Assembly: GCA_013265495.1 (NCBI GenBank)
Contig: MU058444.1
Span: 1,054,001 to 1,118,000 of the forward strand
DNA: 64,000 nucleotides
From: Vicugna vicugna
Lineage: Eukaryota
Reading direction: 5' to 3'
A program made the translations under genes and the position numbers. The notes below the pieces were generated by a model. That model ran no database searches and had not been told where the DNA came from. It saw only the letters and a list, made by a program, of their open reading frames with translations. Below are positions 27,885-41,284 of this stretch, in pieces; position 1 is the stretch's first letter, and each line of letters starts with the position of its first letter.

Positions 27885-28131
27885 TTTTTAAGTTTTAAAT
27901 TAAAGTAGTCAGTTACAATGTGCCAATTTCTGGTGTACAGCACCATGACCCAGTCATGCATATACATACTTCTATTCATTTTCCTATTCTTTTTCATTAA
28001 CGGTTATTACAAGATATTGAATATAGTTCCTTGTGCTCTATAGAAGAAATTTGGGAGTTTGAGATTTGCAAATATTAGCCACTATTTATAAACACAGGTA
28101 AAAAAAATGTTCTTCTGTAGAGTACAAGAAA
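27885..28131 (-). mobile_element. Lineage-specific L1 3'-end fragment with 5' inversion
   Basis: 27885-28051 is an antisense 3' end; 28052-28131 is the adjacent upstream L1 segment in sense orientation (gggagtttgagatttgcaaatattagccact...). Confidence 0.8.
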
Positions 28132-28256
28132 CGTTTTTTTCTGACAACGTTGAACCTGGGTATCTGTGTACCGACCTTTCTAATATGGAAAAAACACTGA
28201 GAGTGACCCATTTAACAGCTGGTGTATCCCTTGCACCACGTTCTCTTCTTCTCTAG

Positions 28257-28500
28257 ACGGTGTCGGTGTCAGTGTCCGTGCTCACGCTGAGCTGCATTGC
28301 CTTGGATCGGTGGTACGCGATCTGTCACCCTCTGATGTTTAAGAGCACGGCCAAGCGGGCCCGGAACAGCATCGTCATCATCTGGGTCGTCTCCTGCGTC
28401 ATCATGATCCCTCAGGCCATCGTCATGGAGTGCAGCACCATGCTCCCGGGACTGGCCAATAAAACCACCCTCTTTACAGTCTGTGATGAGCGCTGGGGCG
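28257..28500 (+). CDS. HCRTR2: Orexin receptor 2, coding exon 3 (TM3 DRWY motif, TM4, ECL2)
   Basis: ctctag acceptor, gtaagt donor at 28501; 244 nt; TVSVSVSVLTLSCIALDRWYAICHPLMFKSTAKRARNSIVIIWVVSCVIMIPQAIVMECSTMLPGLANKTTLFTVCDERWG. Confidence 0.98.
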
Positions 28501-29073
28501 GTAAGTCCAAGCTCACATTTACTTGACGGCTGCAAATGGAAAAGTTGAAGGGCGTGACCCTTGTAAAGCCGGCCTTTGTGTATTTTATTGGCATTTGTTA
28601 AGATAGTTTTGCAAATGCATGAAAACCAAGTTGAAACTAAAAGCCATTTCACAGAGTACTTCCACCCGACTCAGTCCTTTAGAGATATTATGCACAACTG
28701 GAGCAGCTTTCATCTTGGTCAACTGGAAGGAAGAATTTATTCCACAATTCAGATTTGGTTATGATAGTTTTTCTTAAATTCTCTAAAACAAAAAGGGCTC
28801 CTTTATAAGCATCCAAGTATATATTCTGGAATGCATTTTATAACATGGTATAACATTATATTGCCTCAGGTGTCAGATTCCCCAGTGGGCTTCAAATACA
28901 ACTGGATTTTTCACTTTAAACCTTTCCAGCCTGGGAATATGATTGCCCTGCCTGTGGACCTATGCTGTTTTCTGAGTCAAATTAGCTAAATACACATTCT
29001 CTATTCACAGCATGTGAAACTGCTGCATTCTTATCACTGGCATAATTATTTTCTGATATAAGAACTATATTTA

Positions 29074-29350
29074 GAAAGGGGGTGGGAAGGGATAAATTTG
29101 GGAATTGGAGATTTGTAAATGTTAGCCACCATATATAAAAATAGATAAAAAGCAAATTTCTTCTGGATAGCACAGGGGACTATATTCAATATCTTATAAT
29201 AACCTTTAATGAAAAAGAAAAAGAAACTGAATATATGTATGTATATGCATGACTGGGACATTGTGCTGGACACCAGAAATTGACACATTGTAACTGACTG
29301 CACTTCAATTAAAAAAAAAATTAATGAGGCATCAAAATCAAATAAAGAAA
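29074..29350 (+). mobile_element. Lineage-specific L1 3'-end fragment
   Basis: ggggtgggaagggataaatttgggaattggagatttg...ttgacacattgtaactgactgcacttcaattaaaa; TSD aagaactatattta (29060-73) / aagaagtatgttta (29351-64). Confidence 0.88.
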
Positions 29351-30442
29351 AAGAAGTATGTTTACCATGAATTCTTTTTGGTTTCCCATCTGATCTATGT
29401 TCAGTAGTTAAATTTAAACAAGCAGAATTTTGGAGGCCTTATGCGCCTTTGGTTCAAATTTCTCAACGACGTCTTTGAGGTATTTCTGTAACAGTGGAAA
29501 CACTTATACCCATGCCTGGTGATGCATGAATCTGGACACAGCAAAGAATGAAAGGAAATAAAATAATCCTGCATTTCAGCATATCAAGCACTGGTTACAA
29601 AATTAACACATGAAATTTAAATAAAACAATCTGCTGATTTCTGTTAATGATATTACAGTGGCTCATATTTAGGGACTGTAAACACTAGGAAAGTGTTTTT
29701 TGTTTGTTTGTTTGTTTAATTAGAAAGATGTCTCAACAGAAGCAGTATACTAGAAGGATTGCTTATAGATCGGGTATTTTCAAGTGTTTGAATCTTTGAA
29801 TTTATGGTATTTTGGTATTTTTATTAGAACTCTGAAAAGAGGAAAAGTCAGGAATGGAACACTCAGGCATGCATTTTCTGCAGCAAGAAGAGATTTAAAA
29901 GACACTGGAATTATTCCATACATTATCCAAAGACCTGTAATTTCATTATTTGCTTTGTCTGTTACCCCAAAATATTAATGCCCCTTTCTGAAATTGAGAT
30001 CTACCTTTCTTTCCCTTCCTTTCTAACACTGTAATTCTTTTGCTGTATTTTTTTCTGGATCCTCCTCAGTTTTTCCCAAGTTTCCCCACTAACACTGCAG
30101 ACAAAAACAAAATGAATGGAAAGTCCCCAAATGATAGAAATATTTCTTAAATGTCTTTAGTCCCATTTATTTAATGTTCAAACAACATCTTGAGGACTTA
30201 GGCTATGCCAGGAATTGTCCCAACCTGGAGAAAAATAGACTGCCTAAGGGAACACATTGTATACAGTGAGGCTGAAAGGCAAATAAATAAAGGTTTCTAG
30301 TGTGATTAGCATTTTAATACACTTATATACAAAGCGTGAAGAACACAAATTAGAGGGCAGACTCAGTCCTGGCCAAACTTGAACAGACGTTTACAAGGAG
30401 CTGCTAACATTTCAGCAAAGCATTAAAGATAAGTGACATGTT

Positions 30443-30560
30443 GGAGGGTAAGAGCTCAGTGGTGAAGCGCATGCCTCGCATGCATGAGGTCCTGGGCTCA
30501 ATCCCCAGTACCTCCACGAAATACACAAACCTATTTACCTCCCTCCACCAAAAAAACAAA
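30443..30560 (+). mobile_element. tRNA-Ala-derived SINE (vic-1-like)
   Basis: ggagggtaagagctcagtggtgaagcgcatgcctcgcatgcatgaggtcctgggctcaatccccagtacctcc + aaacctatttacctcc tail. Confidence 0.85.
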
Positions 30561-30796
30561 GTTTAAAGATGAGCAGGAAGAAGCTCATTGAGCAGTTCAT
30601 TTACTCAGGGTTTGAACTATGGTCCCTTGGAAGGAATTTGCTTTGCCTTTCAATGTGACTGTGTCTTATTGTTTAAATATCTCAATTGTTTTTCAATTAA
30701 CAAAGATTTAAAAAATCTGGAGATTCACTAGCATGAGTGTAATTCTCCGTCAATGTATGATTTAATAATTTGGCCTATTAAATGACTCTAAGTTAC

Positions 30797-30800
30797 CTAA

Positions 30801-30843
<43 letters not shown>
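30797..30843 (+). repeat. (TAAA)n microsatellite
   Basis: About 11 perfect taaa units. Confidence 0.95.
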
Positions 30844-30844
<1 letters not shown>

Positions 30845-33800
30845 GAGCAGGGATTTTCCAGACAAGGAAGAGGGAAAAAGGGTGTCCTAGGAAGCAAGAA
30901 AACCCACACAATGGACACCATCCCTCGAAGAAGAAAGGAAGAGGGTCCAAACTTGTAGTTTCTGGAATGTAGACGACTTAAAGAATTGTGTTTGTGAAAA
31001 GGTGGGCTGGGGACCAATTGTGAGATGTCTCTTAAACAATTCGTATGCAATGAATTATATTCGGAAAACAGCCTAAACATCTCTTGACCGGAATGCTTTA
31101 GTTCATCATCATGAAACCGAACCATAAATTAAACTATTTGCTCAACATTATTAGGCAAACATGCACATTTAAATCTAAGCTTCGAACTCATAAATTGGGT
31201 TTCTTTAAGTTTATGGACATGGCAATTAGATTAAAATACCCACATATTATTCAACTGTGAATTTTCTCTAAAGCATTTTGGTAACTAGTTTCACTTATAA
31301 TTTTGTGGATTACTTTTATAAACTCGTCCCCCGCCACCCTGCTTTTTCTTTTTCTTTTTTTTTTTTTTTTTGCATTTACCTGAATAATCAAGTAGCTTTA
31401 ACCCCTGTGAACAAAAGGGTTGTAGAGCTGGGAATCCTGTCAGTTATCATAATTAAGTAAATAGCCACATCATTTTCTAATGACTTTTGAGCAATAGATA
31501 TAAACATATAAAACTCATTTCAACCTCTCACATTTTATTAGCTAGCTATAGAAGGGATTTTTTTCCTTAAAGAAATAAGCAATTAGTGTCAAAGACCTAA
31601 AAATTTAAACCCAGTCTTTAGAGATCATTTAGGAAAAGTATTTGAAAGCCTATAATTAACTTCAAATGATTTTGAAGGCTAAGATAAGTGATACTGAATT
31701 GAGTTGATCATCCACAAAATCAAACGATGAAATCTATGAAATTTTCTGTTCCTGTCTTAAAAGAAATGTTAATAACAATGTTTTCAAGAAGAATATAAAA
31801 AACTCAAAGCAAATTTTTATTCTGATCATTAGATATTAAGTTTATTATAATGATTTTTACATGGCATAAGCTTTGTTAATGTAAGCTATTTATAAGTCTA
31901 TGTTTAACTTAAAATGTTAAAGCTTGAACACATGTATGACAGTCAGAACCTAAAATCACCATAAGAAATTGTATTTTACAGGGTCAGCTCTTTAAAGTTC
32001 ATCCATCGTGAAAGTCAAAATACCCTTTAACCCAATTTTTAAAAATTTGTTGTGGAATAACTTTTATTTGAGATTGACTCATGGATTGTGTTTCTTATAT
32101 TTATCCTAAGTTAAATCAATAATGTAGTTATAAAAGCCGACTGAGATAGCATCTTTGTCCTGCATCCTATAACCTCACCACGTGGAAAGTGTCAGGAAAG
32201 CATGTGGTCACTTGATCCATATCTATCAAGTCATTTTGGGGAAAGTCTTGGAAATGTGGCTCACTCACAGTGCAAACAACTCAGAACTCTATCTTGCTGA
32301 AAATATTACCATAGATATGTAGTCTTGTATGGATTCATTGTTTCTGCAACTCATGATGTTCATCATTGCCAATGGCGTGTCCAAAAAAAAAGACCACAAG
32401 CCATTAACTCTTGGCAGATACACTTGACACTCAGAAACAAATAAAATGTGTTAGAATTTATTGTAATGGTCTTTTAAAACCTGCCTTTGGATATGTTCAT
32501 TCTTGGCTCTGGTCGCATCAGTTCACACTTCTGAAATTTTAAAATTCCTCCAGAATTATATCCATGCTTTCTGGATTGCTTGGTTTGTAAATGCATAGTT
32601 TCACAGGATGGAGCCTATTGGAAGAAAATGACTTCATTTTGTGCTCAATCCAAGATCTAAGTCTTACTATTCATTTATCCAGCTTTTAAAGTGCACATAC
32701 TGTTTGTTGAACATTGTTTTGCACACTGGGGATTTATAATCTCTTTCCCTTTTTGCATTTTAATGCCAAATTATCCTTTGGTGGTCTGAAAAAAAAATGA
32801 TAATTCTGGAACCCTTCTTTAATTTCAATAATAATTATGGTATCTGGCCTACTATGAGATTCAGAAAGTATACAAATAAGTGTGTGTATTAATAGAAACA
32901 TTTATTGAAAACATTTATTAAGGAGAAGATAATAAAATATATTAAAGATTCAAATGAACTTTAATGGATACCTAAACTTTGAAAAGTCAATCCAAATTAA
33001 ATACCTGGGAACTTATATTTAATTTACCTGTCTGTTGAATCCCTGATAGGTGTGACAAGGGGAAAATATTTGCCATTTTTAGAAAATTATATTAACATGT
33101 TGGCTCAGTGATGGACCTTAACTTATCTGAGATACTGTTTTTTTTTAATCTAATATAGGGCATTATTGTTTAATCTTTGATTTCAAAGACTAAGGGAAGA
33201 CCAGCATTTGTTCCTTATTTGTTGGTTCGATATATATACGAGGATTTATTCAGATTATGCCTGTTTATCAGTTGGGTGGAGACACCAATCGTTAATGGCT
33301 GCCAAGCATTAAAATGTTTTCTATTTGAGGGAATGCTTAAGTGAACAAATTTCATGTCGCTACTTGCTAGGCTCCATATGAATGTCTTAAAATATATTGA
33401 AGATATTGCTTATCAAGTGGAGAGAATTCAAAAGTTTCAACCCATACAATTTAAACTTTCAGCGGTGTTTCTGGATTTTCAGTTAGCTTAGACTCTCAGC
33501 ATGAAATGAAGAACTTAAAACTATCATGTTTCCCCAATTATCTATAATAATCTCTTCATTAGAACAACCTATCCTCATGCATAGCGTATATTATCTACCC
33601 TGATCTATCCCCAAATAGCCCATATTTTGCTTGATCAACTGTTCTCTTTGCTGGTGTTCATGATCACAAGATGCATTTACTAGCCAATGACATATTTTCC
33701 CAACTATTTATAAATATACCCATTGCAGGATGAGCTTTCTTTCCCATCTGTTTAAAACTCCAGATTATCACCACAGAGATGGTATCCACAGCTATAGAAA

Positions 33801-35656
33801 AAAAAAATGACCTATCAAATCTCCCTTCCTTCACTCACTCAATTTAGACTGTTGCAGACATCAGGAACTCACAGATATGCAAGCTTCAAAGGTATATTTT
33901 TATGTGGGAAGCTTAGGGAACAGTTTCTTCAAAACAAATAAAAGTTCAAAGCCACTCGGGTGTCTGGGAAGTGCGGAGGTCTCCCTCTCCGGCTCCTTTG
34001 AAATCGGCTCCCCGACGCTGAACAGGCTGCAGGCACTTCAAAGGGAAGGGGTGAGTGTCATTCCTCCGGGCAGGCGGCTCAGATTCTCACTTTTTGTGTA
34101 ACCAGTCTGTTTTATAGGATAAACTTGAAAGAAAGATAGAAACTGATGAGTTAGGTGTGAGCTAAAAATGACACCTCAAACTGGTCTCTAAGACTTCCCA
34201 GCAGCATGTGCACCCTGCGGTCCCCGCTAAAGATAGTAGTGGAGAGAAGCGTCTATCTGAGAAAAAAGACCAAGTTTTAGGAGTAAGAGTAAGGAGGATA
34301 TTATTTAAACCCTCGAAGACGAGTCTACGAAATCAAGATCCTAGAGGATATTCAACTCATAGATATGTTTAAAGGACATTCAGTAAGAATTGAACGAATG
34401 CTCAATACATGTTATCAATTATTGTGGTCATCATCATAATTATCCTTGGTTAATCCTGAGTATAAGTTGCTTTTACCACGGGTGGTCTCATCACCGAGTC
34501 TTCGTGCCTCTACACACACTTTCTAAAGTAACAAAAAGAATAAAATGCTTGAAGTGATAACAGTGTAGAACCAACCCCAATGCCAACATCAGAGGCAAAA
34601 TAAGTTGTGTAGTCTTTAAAATAAGAACCCTTTGTTGTATTAGCCTTCACTTAGAATTGTATTTAATTATTGCATTCAGTATCCACAGACTCCATCTAGA
34701 ATATATTGTTTCCTGTTTTATATTTAAGTAAATGTAACTGGATCATTGTAATATATTCAAATACTATTATAAGGGAAATCTCCCTTATGTTAAAGTCAGC
34801 AATATATATGTTTTAGAAAAGCTAAAAATTAATATTCAGCCATAATCCCACTCAACAGATTGACTTGTTAATAAAAGTGCAAATCTGTGTTATGTTTCAC
34901 CCGTATACATAGAATTAATGATAATTTAAAACATCACTACAATCCTAGACCCCCTTATGCCTGATAAGTAAGATGGATATCAAAAAAAGAACCCATATTG
35001 GTTTGAAATCAATTTTAAAGAACCCTAAAAATCTCATTTTTATTAAAAGTACATGCCTACATACATTAACACACATAGGCAACTTAATTAAAGAGGAATT
35101 TTGTATATGTTCCAGTAAGTCAACAAAAAGAATCACTATCAAAAGTTTGCTGTATTAATTTTTTTCCCAAATTTTCCATATTTGTATTTGGAACTACAAC
35201 TGGAGAGAAATAAGAAGGAAGCAACTTAGTTCGCAGCCTCTTCCGGTTTTAGCAAATTGCTTTAGCAATTAAGTTTTGATTGAGTAATGTCTCTTCTTGT
35301 AAATCCAAGATTAGAGCAGTCCAAGTTAATTTTTATTCATTAGCCAGATGTAATCAAGACAAAAAAGGGCTTTTTGATAAATGAACACTTGACTTTGGAT
35401 AGACTGTGATAGCACAAATTAAGAAATGGCTAATTGTTATTCCTCTCTGAGTATTTTAAATGAAATTAAGATGTATTTAGTACTTAAATGTAAGTAGTTA
35501 ATATTATAAGTTATTTTTCCTTTTGTGTACATAACATGCCAGTGAAATCATAGACAAGGTAAATGTGGATTTTAAAGGAAAAACATTGACAGATGTACCT
35601 TTAAAAAAAAAAAACCTATGAATTATAAGATTTTATTGTTTTGACTTCCATTCCAG

Positions 35657-35772
35657 GTGAAATTTACCCCAAAATGTATCACATTGGTTTCTTCCTGGTG
35701 ACATACATGGCACCGCTGTGTCTCATGGTGTTGGCTTATCTGCAAATATTTCGTAAACTCTGGTGCCGACAG
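35657..35772 (+). CDS. HCRTR2: Orexin receptor 2, coding exon 4 (TM5); absent from the ORF track
   Basis: ttccag acceptor, gtaagt donor at 35773; 116 nt; manual translation (G)EIYPKMYHIGFFLVTYMAPLCLMVLAYLQIFRKLWCRQ; phases match exons 3 and 5. Confidence 0.97.
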
Positions 35773-37169
35773 GTAAGTAATTGCAAATAATTTTCACGTG
35801 TTTTCTTTAGAAAGTCCTTAAAAACAAAATTTAAGAGTGAATTGAACCAACATAGTGTGCTTAGCAAAGGTGCTTTCTTCTCAAACATGAGAATATGTCT
35901 AGGCATTTTTTAAGGTGATATTTAGGGTATGCATTTTATAAACTGCCTTAATAACTATATTTTAAACCTCTGTGATTAATTGACTTGATTTTTGCCTAGG
36001 AATAATATTATGAATTTTACTTTTTATGAGAAATAACAAAGAGAAATTCCTTTAAAGTTTCTTGAGACTTTGTAAAGGACACCATTATTTCTGATGAGAT
36101 TTATGTAATACATTTTTATTATATGGGTTATATCTCCAACTTCAAAGATCTTATTTTTTTTTAGAATTATAGAAGAATTGGGCAGAATTGAGAATTTTAA
36201 GAATTGCTTATCATGTTGATTTAAAAGTACTGAAATTTGTTAGGTAATTTTGCTATGTCAGTGGATGTATGTATGCACTCAGTTATTCATTCATTAAACA
36301 TTTATATTTCTTTTGCATGCATACCTGATAAAAAGCTAAAAGCTCCAGTCTGTGTCACTGATGCATTTATAGTCTAGAGGAAAGAGTCAGTTGCAATGTG
36401 AAAATCACCTTGATAAATATACGCACAGGAGATCAGAAAACAGCTTAGTGGAGGCGGATCTAATTCAGAGCACATAACATTTAAGCTGAACCTTGGTGAT
36501 TCAAACGAAATCACCAACAAACAGATGTAGTGGTTTATAAAGGTACAGACAAAGAATATAACTCAGTCTCTTGTACTTGTAAATTGTATCTTAAAATGCC
36601 ACATTTCTCAGAAATGTATCTCTCTCTTTTCCTAAACTTACCGCCAGTATTTTGAGCTTATCAGGTTTGTGGAAAGCCATGACTTTAAATCTGTTTGCTC
36701 TGACATATTTTATCCAACGGAAAGAATTTACTGAGCCACTTCACTCATTAAAAGGATTTCATCAACCTTTTATTTGGTCTTTGAGAATGAGTCTTAATTT
36801 GGGTCTTTTTCAACCCTTGCTACTCAAAGCCATTTTCAAGATCACCTTTTACTCATTACATACGAGCAGCAGCTGCATTTTCAACCCTGTTTGTCTCATA
36901 ATTCCCAATTTTCTCTTTTCTTCTATTTTTTTAAGGAGGTTACTTCTTTTATGACCTTATAAATGCAACCAGTGCCAATGCTTATTAGCATGCATTCCAT
37001 TCTGCAACGTTTGTAACTAAAATAGTAAATGTGTATCATTGTAGAACATCAGTGGTGATTTCCAGATTCTAGTGATGATTTCAACACTCTCTACCTAGCC
37101 ATGAAGTCAACTGCATGTATTTTAGGGTGTCTTTTTCTATTGCACCCCACTTCTTGGTAACTATTGTCC

Positions 37170-37480
37170 TACTGGTCCATTTTTGCCAGATTACTCTGCT
37201 ATTAAAAACAAAGCAAAAAGATGTGATTTGTAGCAACAGTTTCTCTCACTCATGTTCCATATCAGTGGTGAGGACGGGCTGTGGCTGGGCTCGCCTTGTC
37301 CCCTCATTCCAGAACTCAGTCTGAAGTCCAGCTCTTCCTGGAGATGGCATTCTGGGGCCAAATGAAAGAGCGAGAAAGCTGGAAGAAATGAGCAATGCCT
37401 CTTCATTCAGACTGGCACATGCTAAGTCTCCTCACTTTTCATTGGCCAAAACTAGTCACATGGTTGAATGTGAATAAATA
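37170..37480 (-). mobile_element. Old MaLR LTR fragment (MLT1J/K-like)
   Basis: tttctctcactcatg...cctcacttttcattggccaaaactagtcacatgg. Confidence 0.5.
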
Positions 37481-37529
37481 AAGGTTTCCTTATAAGCTGG
37501 GGAGTAGATGGCCAGAAATGACATAATAC

Positions 37530-37780
37530 AGAAGTCAAAAACATAGCCTCAAGGTCCAGATTGTGTGAGTTTCAGTTCTGACACTGTAACTTAACAGATG
37601 CATGAATTTGTCAATTACTTAAATTTCTGTGCCTCCCTTTTGTCATATTTAAAGCAGGATTGTGTAGCATCTACCTGACAGGATTGATACACTTATTAGA
37701 TGGAGACAGTACATGCCAGCCTTCATCTTATATTCCTCCAGTTAGTATATTCTTAGCACGCATCAGTTGCTCAATTTATA
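37530..37780 (+). mobile_element. MIR SINE
   Basis: ttacttaaatttctgtgcctccctttt...catctacctgacaggattg...gcatcagttgctcaat. Confidence 0.65.
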
Positions 37781-39199
37781 CTTTATAAGAAAAAGTTAGT
37801 GGAGGAATAAGAGAAAGTGCTGGGAAAGTTTAGACAGAAGAGGACCTAGGGGACTCCATTTGCCCAGTTACTTAGAAAAAAGTGCATAGAAAAACTAGAA
37901 GAAAAAAATTCTTCAAGGAGACAAAACACTTATGAGCATGTGGGAATAAAGATATTTTAGACATAGCTTGATTTTTAGTCTAGAAATATTCAGTTAAGAG
38001 CATTCTGTATTTTCATATTTTGACTGGTTAGTGTGCATTAAATAGATGTTTAAATTTGCTTATTCATTGATTTACAGATGACATAACTTTAAAATCCCTT
38101 GGTTGTATGTAAATCTGTTGTGTTCATCATAGTATTCCCAACTCTTAACATGTTACCAGGCACAGAAAAGTATTCAAAAAAAATCTTTGTTAAATAATTA
38201 GACCATTATCAAACCTCAACCCTTTTACTTCTCCATCTGTCATAGTTCTCCATTTCTCAAATTCTAAAGTAAATTCAAAATTGTATTGCAGGTTTAGAAA
38301 TAATCCACATTTTGTTTTTGTTTTTTGATGATGAATTGCCCTAGTTAGTTCAAGCCACATGATTTGGAAGATTGGCAGTAAAATGCTTGGGTTGTGAAAC
38401 CCAAGACATTTACAAAACAGACTGCGATGGAAAATGGCAAGCTCAACTGAGCTCACTGTAGCAGCCCTGATAAAGCAAATTAACCCCAAATGGATGATTA
38501 TTGCAGAATTCTGTTTGAGCAACTCTCAGGTTCCAACTGTCAGTGTCAGTAAACAGAGTTCCAGGGCACTGCACATGCCACAGGCCAGAGCAAGTGAGCC
38601 CTCAGCTGGAGGAACTGTCCTATTTGCTTAAAATTGTGGAGATGCATGGAACCGGTCACATACTTTGAAATTTGTAAGTGTAAGATGGTTAGTGAACAAA
38701 GTGTCAGTCCTTGTCTGACTTTCTCAAGCATCTGAAACCTCATTAAAAGAGTTATCCAGTGCTTTGGTCTAATCGATGACTTAAATATTCTTTTTATTTG
38801 ACAATGTGACTCAAAGAAGTCACTCAGTCTGGAAATGCTAGAAACTCTTCTCTAAAATGCCTCTTTTTAAGACCCACTTAATCTCAGCTCTTGTGCGTCT
38901 GCTAGCATTTTTTTTTTCAGTTCTAGCTCTCATATAATTTAACACTTCAATCTTAATCATCATGTGAACTCATGTTAATCCAGCTCACAGATATTTACTG
39001 AGCACCTATCATACGTCTGGTAGGCCCTATGTGAGAAACTGGGGGTGCAATGTAATTGATACTTGAGTCTGGAACTAAATTTCAATTTTCCGAGGACTAA
39101 AACTTTGAAAGAACTTCCTTGTTCTAATTCTTATTGCAGTTCCTTCTACTGCCCTTTATTCTTCAGTATTCTTCAAAAATAACTTAAAAAGTAATTCAT

Positions 39200-40400
39200 A
39201 TTAGGAGATAACTCAGTCTAATACGAGGAAATAAACAGCAAATTGTAAAATTGCAGGGGCAGAATCAAGTGACGGTAACACATATTCTCACAGAGACACA
39301 AAGAGCAGCGGTAAAAGTAACTGTGTAGGTAAACATAGAAGTGCATATAAATGTATTTTTGTTTCAAATTCTTTTCTTCTCCTATTTGACTTAAGAAATG
39401 ATACCATAAAGCAATAATTATAAAACCATATAACTCAATAAAAAAAGTTAAAAAAAAAGAAATACTCTTAAAAATTATAAAATCATGAATATTCAGCTTA
39501 TAATATATAAAGATGTCATTCAAAGGAAAGAGGAGGGAATACATGGAAGCAATGTTTTTGCATGCAATTGAAATTAAGTTGGCATTACTCCAAACGGATT
39601 GTTTAAGTTGTTCATTGTAACCCTCAGGGAGACTACTAAGAAAGTAACTCAAAAAGAATGTACAGAAAGAAACAACAGAATTAAAATGGTATACCAGAAA
39701 ATATTTATTTAACACAAAACAAAGTAGCAGTGGAGAAATAGAGGAAAAAAATAGACCACTATATATAGAAACAAATAGCAAAAGGATAGATGTAAATTAT
39801 ACTTTCTCAATATGTAGTTACACTAAACGTAAATGAACGAAACATCCCAGAGATGGGCGGAATAGACAAAACAAACAACAGTGAAAACCATGATTCAACT
39901 GTGTGCTGCCTGCAAAAGACATACCTCATATTTAAAGACACAAATAGATTAAATGTAAAATGATGAATAAAGATCTACTGTGCAAACAGTAAACAAAGGA
40001 AAGCCAAAGTAGCCGTACTAATATTAGGTAAAAGAAAATTTATTAAAAAGTGTTACTATAAAGAGGGATATTTCATCATGATAAATCAACCCATCAAGAA
40101 GACATACAAATTATAAGCTTATATGTACTTAGGAACTGAAGCCCCAGTACATTAAGCAACAACTAGCAGAATTAGGGGGAGAAATAGACAATTCAATGAT
40201 AATCACTGAAAACTTCAATACTCATCTTTCAGTAATGGATTGAAAAACTAGGCAGAAGATTAACAATGACTTGAAAAAAAACTATCCACCAACGAGGCTT
40301 AACATGTCTATAGAACACTTCTTCGAAAGCAGTAGAATGCACATTAATCTCATGTGTACATGGGGTATTTTCCAGGCTGGATCATATGCTAGGCTATAAA
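39200..40400 (+). mobile_element. Old L1 fragment (inter-ORF region and ORF2 endonuclease start)
   Basis: actgtgtgctgcctgcaaaagacatacct...aagacacaaatagattaaatgtaaaa...catcaagaagacatacaaattataagc. Confidence 0.8.
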
Positions 40401-40539
40401 TCAAGCCCCGCAGGATGGGTCTCCCAAAACCTTTTTGTATGACTATTATTACTTTTATGTAACTAGGCATATATTAAAATTTTTGCCAACTTCCATGTAA
40501 GACTGTGTTGAAGCTTATAAATGGAAACTCCATCACAGC

Positions 40540-40725
40540 GGGAAAACATGAGCTTCGCAATCAGACAGACCAGAATGCAAATTCTGGTTTGTCACTTGAA
40601 CCCTTCTTAATGGCTGCCTGATCATCTATAAAGCAGGATTCACAGTCACCTACTTTTAGGGATGCGTTAATGATGACTGAAGATTGCTCATAGTTCTTAG
40701 TGCTCAGTTAATATCAGTGATTTCT
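40540..40725 (+). mobile_element. MIR SINE
   Basis: tcagacagaccagaatgcaaattctggtttgtcactt...atcatctataaagcaggat. Confidence 0.6.
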
Positions 40726-41129
40726 ATTGATACTAAGCTGACTTCTCTAGACATAAACAAGTTGCCAATGGAAGGGGTCGCATGTCTCCTTACAAGTGCA
40801 GGACCAACCACCCTCCATCTGTATTTAGATCACCATCTAAGAGCAAACATGATTATCTTCTTTATGCTTGCAGGGACCAGGGCTGCACTCCCAGTGATGG
40901 TTTCTCTTTCTGGGAACTCTTTCTAATGATTGCAGAAGTCATCAGATGCAGGATATTGATTTTTTTTTCCCCCTCAGGGGAGCACTGAATAATAGATCGC
41001 TAAAGTTTAAATGATCTCTCAGAGATCATTTAGGGAATAGTTAAGGGCCATTTAGCAGTCATTAATAGGGTTATTCATGCATGCTAGAGGTCTGGAAATT
41101 TCCAACACCCATTGCAGCTTCTTCTCAAA

Positions 41130-41284
41130 GTTTTTTTTTAATTTTGGAGCTTTTTGAACTCTGCTTTTGCAGGTGGGGGGTAATTAGGTTTATTTATTTA
41201 TTTACTTAAATGGAGGTACCGGGGATGGAACCCAGGACCTCACACACGCTAGGCAGGCACTCTACCACTGAGCTACACCCTCCT
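41130..41284 (-). mobile_element. tRNA-Ala-derived SINE (vic-1-like)
   Basis: taattaggtttatttatt...tggaggtaccggggatggaacccaggacctc...ctctaccactgagctacaccctcc is the reverse complement of the other copies. Confidence 0.85.

Noticed and set aside
38381..38411. Short hairpin aaatgcttgggtt-gtga-aacccaagacattt
   Set aside because: The 13-bp stem is too short for a miRNA precursor and has no other support
39218..39781. 187-aa hydrophobic minus-strand ORF resembling a membrane protein
   Set aside because: F/Y/L richness comes from the antisense of A-rich L1 sequence
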